Positions 42,128 to 54,625 of a stretch of 64,000 nt of DNA are shown one piece after another (within the stretch, counting starts at the first letter, position 1; each line of letters begins with the position of its first letter). The stretch is from Eledone cirrhosa (Eukaryota): NCBI GenBank assembly GCA_964016885.1, contig OZ024745.1, positions 48,298,001 to 48,362,000 of the forward strand, in the 5' to 3' direction. The position numbers and the translations under genes are program-made. Under the pieces are notes generated by a model. It was not told the origin of the DNA. It did not search any database and saw only the letters and a program-made list of their open reading frames with translations.

Positions 42128-43310
42128 TTAAATATGGAATGATACGCAATGCCCCCCCCCCCCCTTAGCCCCGGCGGTCAGAATGGAGAAGGCGTTTCCC
42201 CAGAGGACAGCAAGGGAGATGCGCTGGAAACGCCACTCCAACTCACAGGGCTCACACCTGCAACTGGCCAGCTCAGCGCCTATGGTGGTGAGTAGGGAGG
42301 TAGTCCTAGGGCCAAGGACACCAGAAGTCTCCATTGCCAGGGGTGCAACTGCAAACCTGTCAGAGAACAACCAGTATTTGAGGAGTTTAGCCTCCTCAGC
42401 CCAACGTGCAGCAGAACCCGAGTTAGTCGCAGACTGCACCAGGTTGCGGCTGCAGAAAGTGATGGTGCAAGTGGCATGCCAGACGAGGAGTTTGCCACCG
42501 CGGAACGGGAAGATGGTCATGCCATCTGGCCTTTTGCTGTCCCCTTGGTCCAACCCCACCTGCTCGAGCTGGGAAGGATAGCCTGCAGCGTCCAAGCCAT
42601 GCTTTATGACCTCATTGAGGGCAGCATGGCATGGAAGGCGGCCAGCACTGTGGCGACAGGAAAGTGGGTGGAGGCCGAAAGGGTCCACGGTGGATCTGCA
42701 GCGACATTGGTGTGGCTCTCAGATCCGGAGGCCGAGCCTCAAGGAAACGCTAAAGCGCAGGCTATTGTTGTCTAGCTGCGTGCCAGTGGAGAAGGAGAGC
42801 AGGGCATGGAGCCAGGCACCACTGTGGGGTTTGGAGACCGCACGATAGAGGCGTACCTTTCGTTGGTAACCTCGTGCCGCATCCTCGTCAGCAGGGTTCT
42901 TCTAAACACAACAGAAGCCTCTGTGTTCAGAGAACGCGAGGCCGCCTGTGAGATGTGGGACCGGCTGGGACTTAACCCAGTAGAAGTCCCTCCTCCTTCT
43001 CCCCCTGTTGTCGTCAAGTCCCCTCAAAGAACTTGGGATGCCATCCAGTGCAGCCTGGCCTCAGACAGGCTCACGCGCCAGCTCACCAAGCACTGCCTTG
43101 CCTGTTTTCGTGCGGCCTCCAAACCCCACAGTGGTGCCTGGCTCCATGCCCAGCCCTCCTTCTCTACTGACACACAGCTAGACAACAATAGCTGTGCATC
43201 GGCATTTCCTTGAGGCTCGGCCTCCGGATCTGCCAGCCACACCAATGTTGCTGCGGATCCACCATGGACTCTTTCGGCCTCCACCCGCTTTCCTGTCGCC
43301 CCAAGCGCCG
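42128..43310 (-). mobile_element. CRE-clade non-LTR retrotransposon 3' region (zinc knuckle plus restriction-like endonuclease), with an internal duplication
   Basis: HPLSCRHSAGR..HAALN, RPDG...LVW.ATC, P.AMETSG.LG, FQRISLA...GNA. 43095-43310 repeats ~42640-42850. Confidence 0.85.
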
Positions 43311-43728
43311 GAACAATAGATTATGTCGCGATAGTGATAAGAAATATATATGCCAAAAAATATGCTATCAGACAAAGTAAATAAAAGGGACAGATTTATA
43401 CATTCCTGTCATTAGCAATTGTTCGAGCCTCGAAAGCAGTTTCGGTCCTTTAATAAATGGAACTTCTTGCCTTATAGGATCCATAGCTATGAAATAACCA
43501 CCAAGGAGAAGTACCCCACCACCCAAAAACGACACCTACCATCACCCATCTATTGATATTCACCATTTGCTTCTATTCTCACCCCTTCACATGGCACTCG
43601 ACTGTCAACTCACTTATCACACTTATATAGGGTGTTTTGTTTTTTTTATATTTATGATTACTTTATTCACAGTTGTATAAATATCATTACAAATTGCTCA
43701 CAATTCTTTCAGAATGAAAATATAAACA

Positions 43729-44657
43729 TCTATATATATATAAAACTGAGGATGTCTGTCTGTGTGTGTGAGTTTGAATCCCTAAAACTCGAGAACCACC
43801 CAACCGACTGTTTTCAAATTTTACACATATAATACTTATGTTTCAGGGAGTGTTCTGAACAAAAACAATTTCAAATGTTCAATGCCATAGGGACCGCATT
43901 AGGCAATTTGGCGATCTCTCTCTATAATTCTTTGTCTTTCTCTTTTTAGATAGATACATACATATAACCTCGCACCCTTATAATATCTGTCTGTATGTCT
44001 GACTGTCTGCATTACGTCACTTCCCTGAGGATGTCTGTCTGTGTGTGTGTGTGTCTGTGAGTTTGAATCCCTAAAACTCGAGAAGTACCCAACCGACTTT
44101 TTCAAACTTTACATGTGTATTACTTATGTTTCTGGAAGTGTTATGCACATAAAAAAATTCAACTTTTTGATCCCCTAGGGCTCGCATTAGTTGAAAAACT
44201 GCGTTTTTTTTCAGGTTTTTAGGGGTTTTTTGAGTCGCTACGTCAGACTTATTTCCTTGAAATTGTAACTATGTATTAGTCAGACTCTTCTTCATACCGT
44301 GAGCAAAGAAAATCCAACTTTTTTATGGTCTAGGGCCCGCATCAGGTGAAAAACTTCATTTTTTCAGCTTTTTAGGGTTTTTTGAGGCGTTGCGTCTAGC
44401 CGATTTTCCCGAAATTTCAAGGCATATTATGCACTTAAAAAAAATTCATTTTCTTGATCCACTAGGGCCCGCATTGGGTGAAAACCTGCATTTTTCCTGC
44501 TTCATCGAGGAAAATCTTAAAGATTATCCAGCCATCAGAGTATTCGGTTTATTTTCTTTACATATTGTCCACGCATGCAGTTTTTCCACGATTAAGTCTG
44601 TTGGCAGCCCGCGTTCCAAAATACCTTATCCCGTGCAACGCCGGGTACCACTGCTAG
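43729..44657 (+). mobile_element. Non-autonomous Helitron
   Basis: A|TCTATATATATA 5' end. The 3' end has a GC-rich hairpin CCCGTGCAACGCCGGG then CTAG|T. No TSD; internal subrepeats. Confidence 0.85.
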
Positions 44658-44819
44658 TATACAATAAATACAATTAACTATTGCTAGGAACCCCACAAAT
44701 ATAACGCACTAAAATATACGACTAGATCAAGAAAAAGAAAAAAAGGGGGAAAGAAAAACAACCATCAATTCACCATGAGCGACAATCAGCCGCACATCAC
44801 AAGAGTCAACGGAAATTTT

Positions 44820-45200
44820 TGAGGCAAGCCAACATGCTCGCAGCATTACCACGGGTGATGGCAAGATTAAGGCGCTGAAACAACCAGGCACTTTCATGGA
44901 CATCAACTCCACAAAACGACTCGAACGCCATAGGCTGGGGAAAATAATTGTTTGATACTTCCCGGTATTTTCGGATTTTATTCCGTTCGGCAACGAAAGC
45001 AGTGACCCTCACATTTACCAAAGTTTCCACGATATGGGAGGGAACAAAAGAGTCGTTGACTGTGGAATCCAAGATGAGACACCTGCCTTTTACTCAGGGA
45101 CAAAGCGTAAGGCCGTCTCGTCTCTTCCCATCACTTGTAGATAATCCAGCCGGCTCCAGAACTGAGGAGATATTTACTCGAGCTGTGGCCCATTTAATAA
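44820..45200 (-). mobile_element. Degenerate CRE-clade fragment from a different subfamily
   Basis: GKRRDGLT, KYREVSNNYFPQPMAFES, WLFQRLNLAITRGNAAS. Confidence 0.75.
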
Positions 45201-45214
45201 TCAGAGAAATTTCG

Positions 45215-46315
45215 TGACATTACGGAAACAACGTGTCTCAGTCAACGCCACATTTTCAGAAGGGGTGGAAGTCAGGAGTGGTGTACCACAGGGTACAGTC
45301 CTAAGTCCCCTCCTGTTCTCGGTTTTTGTCAATGATATCCCAGCATTACTAGAGAGTTCTATCTCGATGTTTGCTTACGATACAAAGATATAGCAAGCAA
45401 TAGTAGATGTACAAGAAGCTCACCAGACCAACTTGCAAAACAATCTCAACCAGCTTCAATCGTGGTCCAACTGTATGCAAATGAAATTCCACCCAGAAAA
45501 ATACAAAGTAATGCATATTGGCCACGGTAATCCTGGGCACATGTATACAATGACAAAGGAAGATGGTACAACTCACACTTCTTCAGGTCAAAGAAGAAAA
45601 AGACCTGCGAGTTATCATCGACCAAGACCTAACATTCAGTAGTCACATACAAGTATATAAGTTAACACGGCAAATAGAACTCTGGATGCTCTGAAGTACA
45701 CCTTTGCACTTGACAAATAGTCCTTCACACTCCTGTATAAAAGCCTGATATGTCCACACCTTGAGTATGCCTCCGTTATATGGGCACCCAAGTTAAAGAG
45801 AGACAAGAGAGACATTATTGAAAATATGCAGCGAAGAACAACACGCCTCGTCCAGGGGCTCTCTTCACTACTCTACAATGAATGTCTTCAGGCTTTCGGA
45901 CTCTCGACGCTAGAGTATAGGAGGCAGAGGGCAAACATCATACAAGCTTTTAAAATACTAAATGAGTTCGATAAAGTAGAGTACATTAGAAGGTGCCCTA
46001 CCTGCGTCAATGCACTGTTCAGAGAGGCACTCAACAGGACTACCCAAGGACACAACCTGAAGCTCCAGGTGTAACACCAACCAAGTCCTAGGAATCACTT
46101 CTTTCCTGCACATGCAATCAACCACTGGAACAACCTCAAACAAGAAACAGTTGACACAACCCTCAGTCAACATTTTAAAATCAAGGCTTGAGAAGGAGTG
46201 GACTAACCACCCACTCAAGTTTGGCTATCACCCTTTGTATTGATGCCCATCTGGGAGGCATCGATACCAAGTGATGCTCGATACTCAGAAGAGGATCATC
46301 TACACCTTGGTATGA
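45215..46315 (+). pseudogene. Degenerate CR1-type LINE 3' fragment (RT C-terminus)
   Basis: RKQRVSVN...SGVPQGTVLSPLLF...FAYDTKI, PHLEYASVIWAP, LSTLEYRR, with several stops and frameshifts. Confidence 0.88.
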
Positions 46316-46466
46316 GTTTAATTACCTTTACCGGGTACCAAATCACCATACTTAAGATATACACTTTATATATGTATGTAGCAACTTTATTTCGGCACGC
46401 TATTACCAATGTGGCCACGCAGATACGTTATTAACAGTTTACAAAGTAGACTAAATTAGTTTGCTT

Positions 46467-46493
46467 GACGTTTCAAGCTAGGCTCTTTATCAG
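46467..46493 (-). ncRNA. Degenerate minimal hammerhead
   Basis: CTGATAA-AGAGC CTA GCTT-GAAAC GTC|. Core G to A change and no good stem I. Confidence 0.45.
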
Positions 46494-46777
46494 ACGAGTA
46501 AGAAATTACTAATACTAATGTATAGAGAGAGCTGCGTATATTTGCCTTAGTCTCACATTTTGATAGAGTTCACATTTAGTTTTCCTGATATTTCACTTAA
46601 TTGAAGAAATAAAATAAATCCGAGCAGTTAAAATGAAACCGCCTTTGTAAAATTATAATTACTTTGAAGCCATGAGTTTGTTTTTCCCTGCTCTATTACA
46701 TTTGTACTGTTGTCTGTTACATATACATGATGTGATGTGATCCATTATGGCATATTACAATAGCAACAAACAGAATA

Positions 46778-47527
46778 ATAATTGTTTCTATTTTTGGCAC
46801 ATGGCCAGCAATTTGAAGGGAAGGGGGAAAAGTCGATTAAATCGATCCCAGTGCGTTACTGATAAATTATTTTATCGATACTGTGCGGATGAAAGAAAGC
46901 TATAACATCAACGAGATTTGAACTCAAAAAGTAAATGGCCGTAACTCTATGCCGCAAAGCATGTTGTCCGACGCGCTACCGATTCTACCAATCCATCGCT
47001 CACTTAGCCACAAATAATAAGTAAAACGTAGGACGCTCACAACTAAAGATTTAACAAATAATTGTTTCTACGTTTGGCACAAGGCCAGCAATTACAGTGC
47101 ATTACTGGTATTTTATTTTATCGACCCCGTAAGGGTGAAAGGCAAAGTTAACCTCAGCGGGATTTAACAAATAATTGTTTCTACTCTTGGCACAAGGCCA
47201 GCAATTATCTAGTGCATTACTGGTACTTTATTTTATCGACCCCGTAAAAGGATGAAAGGCAAAGTTAACCTCGGCGGGATTTGAACTCAGAATGGCAAGG
47301 GCCGTAACTCTATGCGTCAAAGCATGGTGTCCGACCCTCTACCGATACTGAACAAATAATTGTTTCTACTTTAGGCACAAGGCCAGCAATTAACCAGTGC
47401 ATTACTGGTACTTTATTCTATCGACCCCGTAAGGATGAAAGGCAAAGTCAACCTCGGCGGGATTTGAACTCAGATCGTAAAGGGACGTAACTATGCTGGA
47501 AAGCATGGCGTCCGACCCTCTACCGAT
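46778..47527 (-). mobile_element. Cluster of four Nin/Deu-domain SINEs, three in tandem (47055-47527)
   Basis: Repeated AATAATTGTTTCTA...GGCACAAGGCCAGCAATT 3' ends, with variable 5' truncation. Confidence 0.88.
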
Positions 47528-47575
47528 AAATGTCGAAGTATTTGTAAACTTGGTCAGTCATGCTAACCTGCTTAC

Positions 47576-47608
47576 TACTTCCAGGCACATATCTTCATAA
47601 AGTGATAT
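47576..47608 (-). other. Candidate 33-bp exon of a minus-strand gene
   Basis: T12-aaatag| acceptor and GTA|gtaagc donor. A possible upstream donor TAG|gtacga at 47736 lies next to an E2F-like TTTCCCGCG. Confidence 0.3.
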
Positions 47609-48062
47609 CTATTTAAAAAAAAAAAAATTGCTGAAAGTCACGCGTTATAGTTGTACATGATATGAGTAAATTTGATTCAAGTAATTTGACTACTTCGATA
47701 AAAACTGTCAAAAGTCAGCAAGATGACAGGTCGTACCTAAGCCGTCACGCGGGAAATATAATGTTTCGTGAATGAGTTTTATTTTAAAAAAACAGGCAAC
47801 CTTTATTTGTCAGCTATCACCTCAAGAGTGGATATGTGCCTTTAATTATACTGATTTAAAAAAAAAGAAGTTCGCTATTAACAAGTGATCAACTTCTCAA
47901 AGAAGTAATATGCCTATAACTTTCATTTCTAAATTTCCTGTTATTGTCACTGATTAATAGTTCATAAAAAAATTCGAAACAAACTTCTTTACGAATGCTT
48001 TTAAATATTTTTGTCCTCATTCTTCATAATTTAATTCGTAAAATATAAATTTACTAAAATTA

Positions 48063-49390
48063 TTGGGTTGGCCAAAGAGTTCGTTCGGTTTTCTTAGTGA
48101 AAACGAGACAGCTTTAAACCCAAAGCAATTTATTTAATCAATGATATATTTACAATTTCATTACAGTACCTTCCGCAATCTTCTAGATATATCCATTATT
48201 TCTTGTTCAAAGAATTTCCAGTCTTTTCTGTCGAAGAACCCTTCCAAAAGAATTTTCATGACTTCTGAAGAATTGAAGGTTTGTCCATTCAAAGAGTATG
48301 GAAGAGACCGAAACAAGTGGAAATCTGAAAGCGTAAGGTCCGGGGAACATGGAGTGTGAGGCAAAACTTCTCACTCAAACCCTAGTAACTTCTGCCACGG
48401 CCGTAAGGAAGTGTGTGTGGTCTGGCATTGTCTTGATGAAAGACAATACTCTTTCGATTAGCAAGTTTTGGACGCTTCTGGCTGATCGCTGTGTTTAATT
48501 TATCCAGCTGTTCACAGTACACAAGCGAATTGATGGTTCTCTTTGTGGGAAGAATTGAAAGCATAATCTTTTTTAGGTGGAGTCCTGCTTTGGAGGTTGT
48601 TTGTGGTAGTTCTGGGCGCATCCCTCGATCGTTTTCGCTTTACATTGTTATAGACCATGGGTCGGCAAACTCCGGCCCATGAAAGGGTTTTCGTCCGGCT
48701 CGCCAACAGGTTTCAATCTTAAGGTAAGAGATCTCTGAAAAAGTGCTCTATTATTTTGCGTTAGAATACCGACTAGAGAACACGTCTAGCCACATGATTC
48801 ACTTAGCTGAATATAATTTTTTGCGTGACAATAACAAACAATCAAACTCAGACAGATAGAATAGTCAGACATCGAGGTCAAGGGAACTGTGTGTATTCAT
48901 GTACATACGTGCATACATAGTATGTGTATGGCAGGAATGTGGAATGACTCAGACTTACCGAAAAAAAGTCAGTGTGTCTGGCATACAGTTATTTCATTTC
49001 ATCCTCAAAATCTTTCATTTTAGTTTGTTCTCTGCTAATAAACATCTGTGGCTGTATTCGATAGTAATCAATGTTTATTTATTTTTCTAAGTTAAAACTG
49101 TTCAGTATTATTAGAAATAAATTTTTTCATCGAACAATGATCTAGATACCCCGCCAGGTATGATTGTTTTGTCACTTTATTAAAAATGTCATAGTATTTA
49201 TCATGTTCTCATTACTATTTGATATCCTGGTCCTCCGACGAGACACTGCATAGCAATATGGCTCACATACCCCAAAAAGTTGCCGACCCCTGCAGACGAT
49301 CCATTCTTCAAAAAGGGATCGTTTGCTTCACGTTTAAGCAAGAAATTGCAGATGGAAGTCCATTGGATGAGGTTGGCTTTATTCACAGCG
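48063..49390 (-). mobile_element. Decayed mariner transposon, interrupted by an hAT-type insertion
   Basis: TA|TTGGGTTGGCCAAAGAGTTCG TIR. HTPCSPDLTLSDFHLF (YSPDL motif), FHQDNARPH, GLHLKKIMLS; upstream part LLKREANDPFLK at 49293-49390. Confidence 0.88.
48656..49292. mobile_element. hAT (Charlie-like) non-autonomous element
   Basis: Ends CATGGGTCGGCAA ... TTGCCGACCCCTG. No matching 8-bp TSD was found. Confidence 0.6.
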
Positions 49391-49444
49391 CATATATGTT
49401 TCTGGCGCTTTCTTACCTTTTTTTAAATGAAAAGGAAGAGGCTG

Positions 49445-49652
49445 TTTTGCCGGTAAGAGTGTCAGACACCATGCTTTGCAGCATAGAGTTATGGTTCTTT
49501 ACGGTCTGAGTTTAAATCCCACCGATGTTGGCTCTGTCTTTCATCCTTACGAAGTCGATAAAATAAAGCACCTGTATTGTACTGAAGTCGATTTAATTGA
49601 CTTTCCCCTCTCCCAAAATTGTTGGCCTTCTGCCTAAATCAGAAACCATTAT
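49445..49652 (+). mobile_element. Older Nin/Deu-domain tRNA-SINE
   Basis: Similarity to 40774-40966. Confidence 0.75.
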
Positions 49653-49899
49653 TATGAAGGCAGGTAATGTTATGAATAACAACACACAGATTTAACACAT
49701 AAGTTTATTTTCACCAACAATTATTAAGATAATTTAAACCCTAACTCAAAACTAACATTACTTATATTTACCGGGACCCGGCAAAGTAGCTTATTTGAAA
49801 TAAAAAAGCATGATGTGTCAATAATGTTCATTTTGGTTCTCCTTTCTGAGGGTTAAGATAAACCCATAACATACAACCAATCTCGTCGCTAAGAACTAC

Positions 49900-50410
49900 T
49901 TTGAAGTATCAAGTATCTAACAACTGCATACTGGGAAGGAAAAACGTAAAGTTAGCATCTATGAAAGCGCTTGAAGTTTAGTATTGGTAAAAACTGAATG
50001 GACTTTTTAGTCATCCCAAAAATAATCTTTTGCTCAAGAATTTCCATGGACAAGCGAGGGAATTAATTTTTCAAGAAAATTATCGTCAAGAGTGTGCAGC
50101 ACACGTTCTCATAAAGAGTTTGCCATCCTTTGTCTAAATACAGAGGAAAGTGAACTCAAACAATAGAACAACTAAATTTTGATAAATATCCAAAGAATAC
50201 AAACCCAGAAAACGACGTTTAATCGTACAGAGAAAGTAAATAACCTTAATTCTTCAGTAAACAACTTGTATGAAACTACCTTTAAAATGTTATTGTCGTA
50301 GGTGGTTATAGGATTTAACCAACCAAATATGGGAGTGTTGATAACTTCGTCCATACAGCTATTTGCAAACATTCTACGAATAGCAAACGTTTGTAAATGG
50401 TTCTCAACCA
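49900..50410 (-). pseudogene. Possible highly decayed PLE RT-thumb fragment
   Basis: Fragmentary translation (FLGLY...SSLSSVFRQRMANSL*ERV...FLEKLI...HGN) loosely resembles Penelope thumb motifs. Confidence 0.3.
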
Positions 50411-50609
50411 CTTCTCACTAATGTAAACAGAAAGTTTCATTGTCGGATATGGCTAGTGTAAGATATTTTATAACCTTCGTTATAAAATATGAACGTAACC
50501 TTTTCGGCGGGAAGAAGAGGAACAAGAAAAACATTTTTGGTGAGATTGCCAGGATTTTATCTTTTAACAAATATATTTTTTCTTTCTTGTTTATATATTT
50601 CTCTTAGAC

Positions 50610-50850
50610 TTGAAAATCTTCTTCTTGAGAGGGTCTTGGGGCCAGGGTCCTCAAACACTCCTTCCAGCGGGTCCTGTCAGAAGCAACCGTCTCCAACTGA
50701 TCTGGCTGGATCTCTAAGCGACACCAGCCAAATTGATGGGTGTTATCCATCCATCTTGCTCGGGGTCTACCCTTGGGTCTCCTGTTGGTTGGTTTTACTC
50801 GTAAAATCTGTCCAGCGATTCTGTCCGGAGACATTCGAACCACATGCAAA
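50610..50850 (-). mobile_element. 3' end of a second RTE-clade LINE family (related pieces at ~59660-59740 and ~60685-60785)
   Basis: HVVRM.PDR...RRPKGRPRARWMD...VASDRTRWK. Confidence 0.8.
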
Positions 50851-51194
50851 TAGTATCGGAGCTGCGATCTCTCAATTCGAAGAAGTAGCGGCTCTATCTG
50901 GAGTGACTCTGATCTCCGAGCTACACACTCTATCGAGTAACGTTATTTCAAAGACCCTTCGGGGGAACCTCATTTCGACCGCTTGTATTTGCGATCGTAT
51001 TCTTTCGGTCATTACCCAAAATTCAAAATACTTAGGAAAATTTGAGAAAAAGATTACGAGTTAAGATATTTTTCTTATTTGTTTCATTGAATATTACTAT
51101 AACTAGGAAAACATATATTTGCTTTGACACTGATATGCACACGTGTACAAATTACATTTGGTGTGGACATTTATAAGACAGAATCCAGAATTTC

Positions 51195-51350
51195 GGGTCG
51201 AGACTTCTGGCACCTTGGTCCCCACACTGCCGATTTCCTTCGAAAAGATGGGGGTCCGTTTGAGAAGGAACCCCGTGAGGTGGGGGTGGCAGTTGCAGCG
51301 GGTGTCTCTGGCTATTCTCCGCGGTTACGCTTTTTGCCGTTTTGTCCGTT
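51195..51350 (+). mobile_element. CRE-clade 3' fragment
   Basis: VETSGTL...WQLQRVSLAILRGYAF. Confidence 0.7.
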
Positions 51351-52779
51351 GAGTGCGGCTGAGGCACCGTTCAGGCTGGTGTGTAGTATCTATCCTCTCT
51401 TTCTTTCGTTGCTTAACCCTTCTTTCTTTTTCTCTGTTTCACTTTTTCTTCCTTTTCTGTCTCCTAACAATGTTTTTTTTTGTTTTGTTTTTTTGTCAGA
51501 CACTGCTTTACTATTACTTGTATGCATTGTAAAAAGAAGTGGGAGAGATATCATTCCTTTTGTTGAAAAGTGACAGTTATTGTGTCGTGTGATTCACCTG
51601 CTTGATACTTAGTTGAACCATGTTAGAAGGTCAATGTGGACCTTAGCTAGGTAGTTGAATGACAACCTGTCCAACTGGTGATGGCAGGGCGGGGTGGAAT
51701 GCATGTTAAATGGTGATGATGATGATAATTTGAAATCTAATAGACAATTACGCATATGTATAAATGGAGGAAGTGCAATAGATCTGGGTGTATTTTTAAC
51801 GAAGGGTTAAAAATGAGAAGTTAGATGGTTATATGTGGTTATTCAGATATGTGATAATAAGATTGTTAAATGTAATAACAAAATTGTTAGAGGAAATACC
51901 ATGAATAATAAGAATAGGTGTAATAACGAGAATATAAAGAATAAATGATTTGGTTATATATAGTTTACTTCACGTAAATTAATTAAAAAGTACATATAAA
52001 ACAGTTACCAAGAGTTGTAAATGTAGTTATTGCTGCTGATGTGAGGCTGTTGTAATCTGTTGTTGGTATGAAAACAGCGAGCGACAGATAATTGTTGTTG
52101 TTGGAGTGAAAACAGCGAGCGACAGATAATTGTTGTTGTTGGAATTTGGAGTCCGTGGTAGTAGTTGTGAGACCGTAGTTAGTAAGAGAGAGAGATGGTT
52201 TGTATATCTCTGAATGGTCTGTAATTGGTGGTAGGCTACCGTGGCTTGTACATGGTCTGTAGTAGTAGGGCTCAAATCTATGTGTGTGTATCTGTAGACC
52301 TCATGGGGTCTGTTGATAGTGGTGAATCCTTACATAGTTAGTTGCTAGCGTAATGCTCCGATGTCTCTGGCTTTTCTGTAGACCTCTGGGGTCTGAAGTT
52401 AGCGGTTAATCTTTACATAGTTAGTTGTGTATCTTATCGCTCCGATGTCTCTCTGTGTAAAGTGGGAAAATATAGGCTTTATATAGCTATCGCTTCCTGT
52501 CTCCCCACCTTGAGGGGCATCAACCTGTCTACACCAAAAATGGTGTTGACCTAGAATTTAACCTTTAGGTATCACCCAAAGTTCAAGGCGCGAACAGATT
52601 TCGCTACATATGTATACTTGAGGACACATTAGTGCTGTATCTTCTTATGTGTGTTCTGGACTCATTCTTCCTTATATACACATATATACACCAGGTCCGA
52701 ACACAAAAAGAATCAAACTCCCAGCGTTACTGACTCCGTCTCTCGTGCTCCCCCCCCTCCATATTTCACTATTGTGAGC

Positions 52780-53112
52780 AAATGGGGGCCCCAATGCGCT
52801 GGCTGCCGCGGACAGAATAGAGAAGGCGTTTCCCCGGAGGATGGTGAAGGATGCGCGCTGGAAGAGCCATTACAGCCCGCGAAGCTCACACCTGCATGTA
52901 GCCAACTCTATGGTGGTGAGCAGGGAGGTGGCCCTAGAGTCAAGAACACCAGAAGTTTCCACTGCCACGGACTCGACTGCAAACCTGCCGGAGAGCGACC
53001 GATATTTGGAGAGTTTACCCTCCTCGGCCCGAAGTGCAGCAGAGCCTGGGTTTGTCGCAGACTGCACCAGGTTGACACTGGAGAATATGTCGCTGCGTGT
53101 GACATCCCACAT
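52780..53112 (-). mobile_element. CRE-clade 3' fragment
   Basis: WDVT...NLVQSATNPGSAA.RAEEGKLSKY...AVETSGVL. Confidence 0.82.
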
Positions 53113-53476
53113 CCGACTTATAACTTAGACCTGTCTGATTTCTTTATTATGTCTTTGAATAGCTCTTTACACATTCTACAGCATTTGTTAATGTAATGTT
53201 TTTTATTTTTATAATATTAATATCCGTCATGAGTACACACTGGTTTAAATAAATTTTGTTTAATACACGGGTTTAACTTTTTTCAACATCTGCTTTAGAA
53301 AGTAGCTTTAAAACCCAATCCATTGTTGAACGTTGTTATTTTAAAGACTATCTGCGTAGTCCGATTGGCGTTAATGGATGTTGAATTTTCAGGATGACGT
53401 TTTTTATACGCCTTTTATATTTTTATTTCCTTTCTCCCGTGTGTGTATGTTTTTCATATCCAATGATGATATAGAT

Positions 53477-53806
53477 CAGAGGTTCTCAAAGTTTTGTCCC
53501 CCACCCCTCACGGCCATGTAATACCCTCAGCGCCCCTCATCCCTATTTCCAGAGATACCTCCCTAGACGCAAATTGTAAGTAATATATAATAAATTAAAT
53601 CGTTAATTTATATATAATAAATAATATATACTATGTATGAATAAATATTATATATATTTTTTATTTTACTGTATTTATATATAAAATGTATCATTTGATA
53701 TTTAATATACTATTATATCTCTACCGCCCACCGCCCCTTTACGTTCCAGCGCCCCCTTAGGCCCCAGGGCCCCCTTAGGCCTCCGCGCCCACTTTGAGAA
53801 CCTCTT
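53477..53806. mobile_element. hAT MITE, 330 bp
   Basis: TIRs CAGAGGTTCTCAAAGT / ACTTTGAGAACCTCTT. Perfect 8-bp TSD ATATAGAT at 53469-76 and 53807-14. Confidence 0.92.
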
Positions 53807-53887
53807 ATATAGATGGTGAATAAACTGACTTTCTTTATATGCTGTTTTAGTGCACTCGTTAAGACCGAATTGCTTGGGGCATTATAA

Positions 53888-54045
53888 TTAATTGTTTCTA
53901 CTTTTGGCACAAGGCCAGCAATTACCCAGTGCATTACTGGTACTTTATTTTATCGACCCCGTAAGGATGAAAGGCAAAGTCAACCTCGGCGGGATTTGAA
54001 CTCAGATCGTAAAGGGACGTAACTATGCTGGAAAGCATGGCGTCC
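53888..54045 (-). mobile_element. Nin/Deu-domain tRNA-SINE, young subfamily
   Basis: Near-identical to 8521-8702. Confidence 0.85.
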
Positions 54046-54474
54046 ATGCTTCACAATCATAAAACTATCTCAAACTGGTCATAATTTTTGACGTAGACTT
54101 TTATATTATCCTTGGAAAATAAGTGGCTAATCTAGATTTTTTTTTTTTTTTTGTAGTCTATTGACACATGGATACTCTCGCGATACAGATAAAATCCCCA
54201 CTCCCACCAAATAAAAATCAACATTGTATTTATAGTTTTAAATAGTTAACACAATGAAATGTAATTTACCTTGTGTAAATATGTGTATATATAACCAAGG
54301 TAGCATAGTTTTTTCTCCACCTTTATATTGCTGTGTATAAATTTCCATTATGAAGTATAGACATATGGATTTTTTTTTAGTGTTTTAACTGCACAATTTC
54401 ACTAATAACAACCACAGAACCATGAAGTAATTCACAATATACTCTTACTTAAAATGTTCAATGTAATTTGTATG

Positions 54475-54625
54475 ATAGATAGGAACCCCGTATAGCCGAG
54501 CTCCTCCGCAAGATCGGAATGTTGGCGGCCTGACTAAGGAGGGAGCTCCGTGAGGTTGGGTGGCTGTTGCAGCGGGTGTCACTGGCCATTGTACGCAGGG
54601 CACAGCTCTTCTGCCTCCATGCCCT
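54475..54625 (+). mobile_element. CRE-clade 3' fragment
   Basis: LLRKIG...REVGWLLQRVSLAIVRRA. Confidence 0.65.

Noticed and set aside
43430-43475. HHR-like AAGAAGTTCC...GGACCGAAACTG on the minus strand
   Set aside because: Lacks the CTGA core and a stem I.
50489-51573. 191-aa and 149-aa plus-strand ORFs
   Set aside because: They run across antisense RTE and off-frame CRE fragments and T-rich tails, with no coherent domain.
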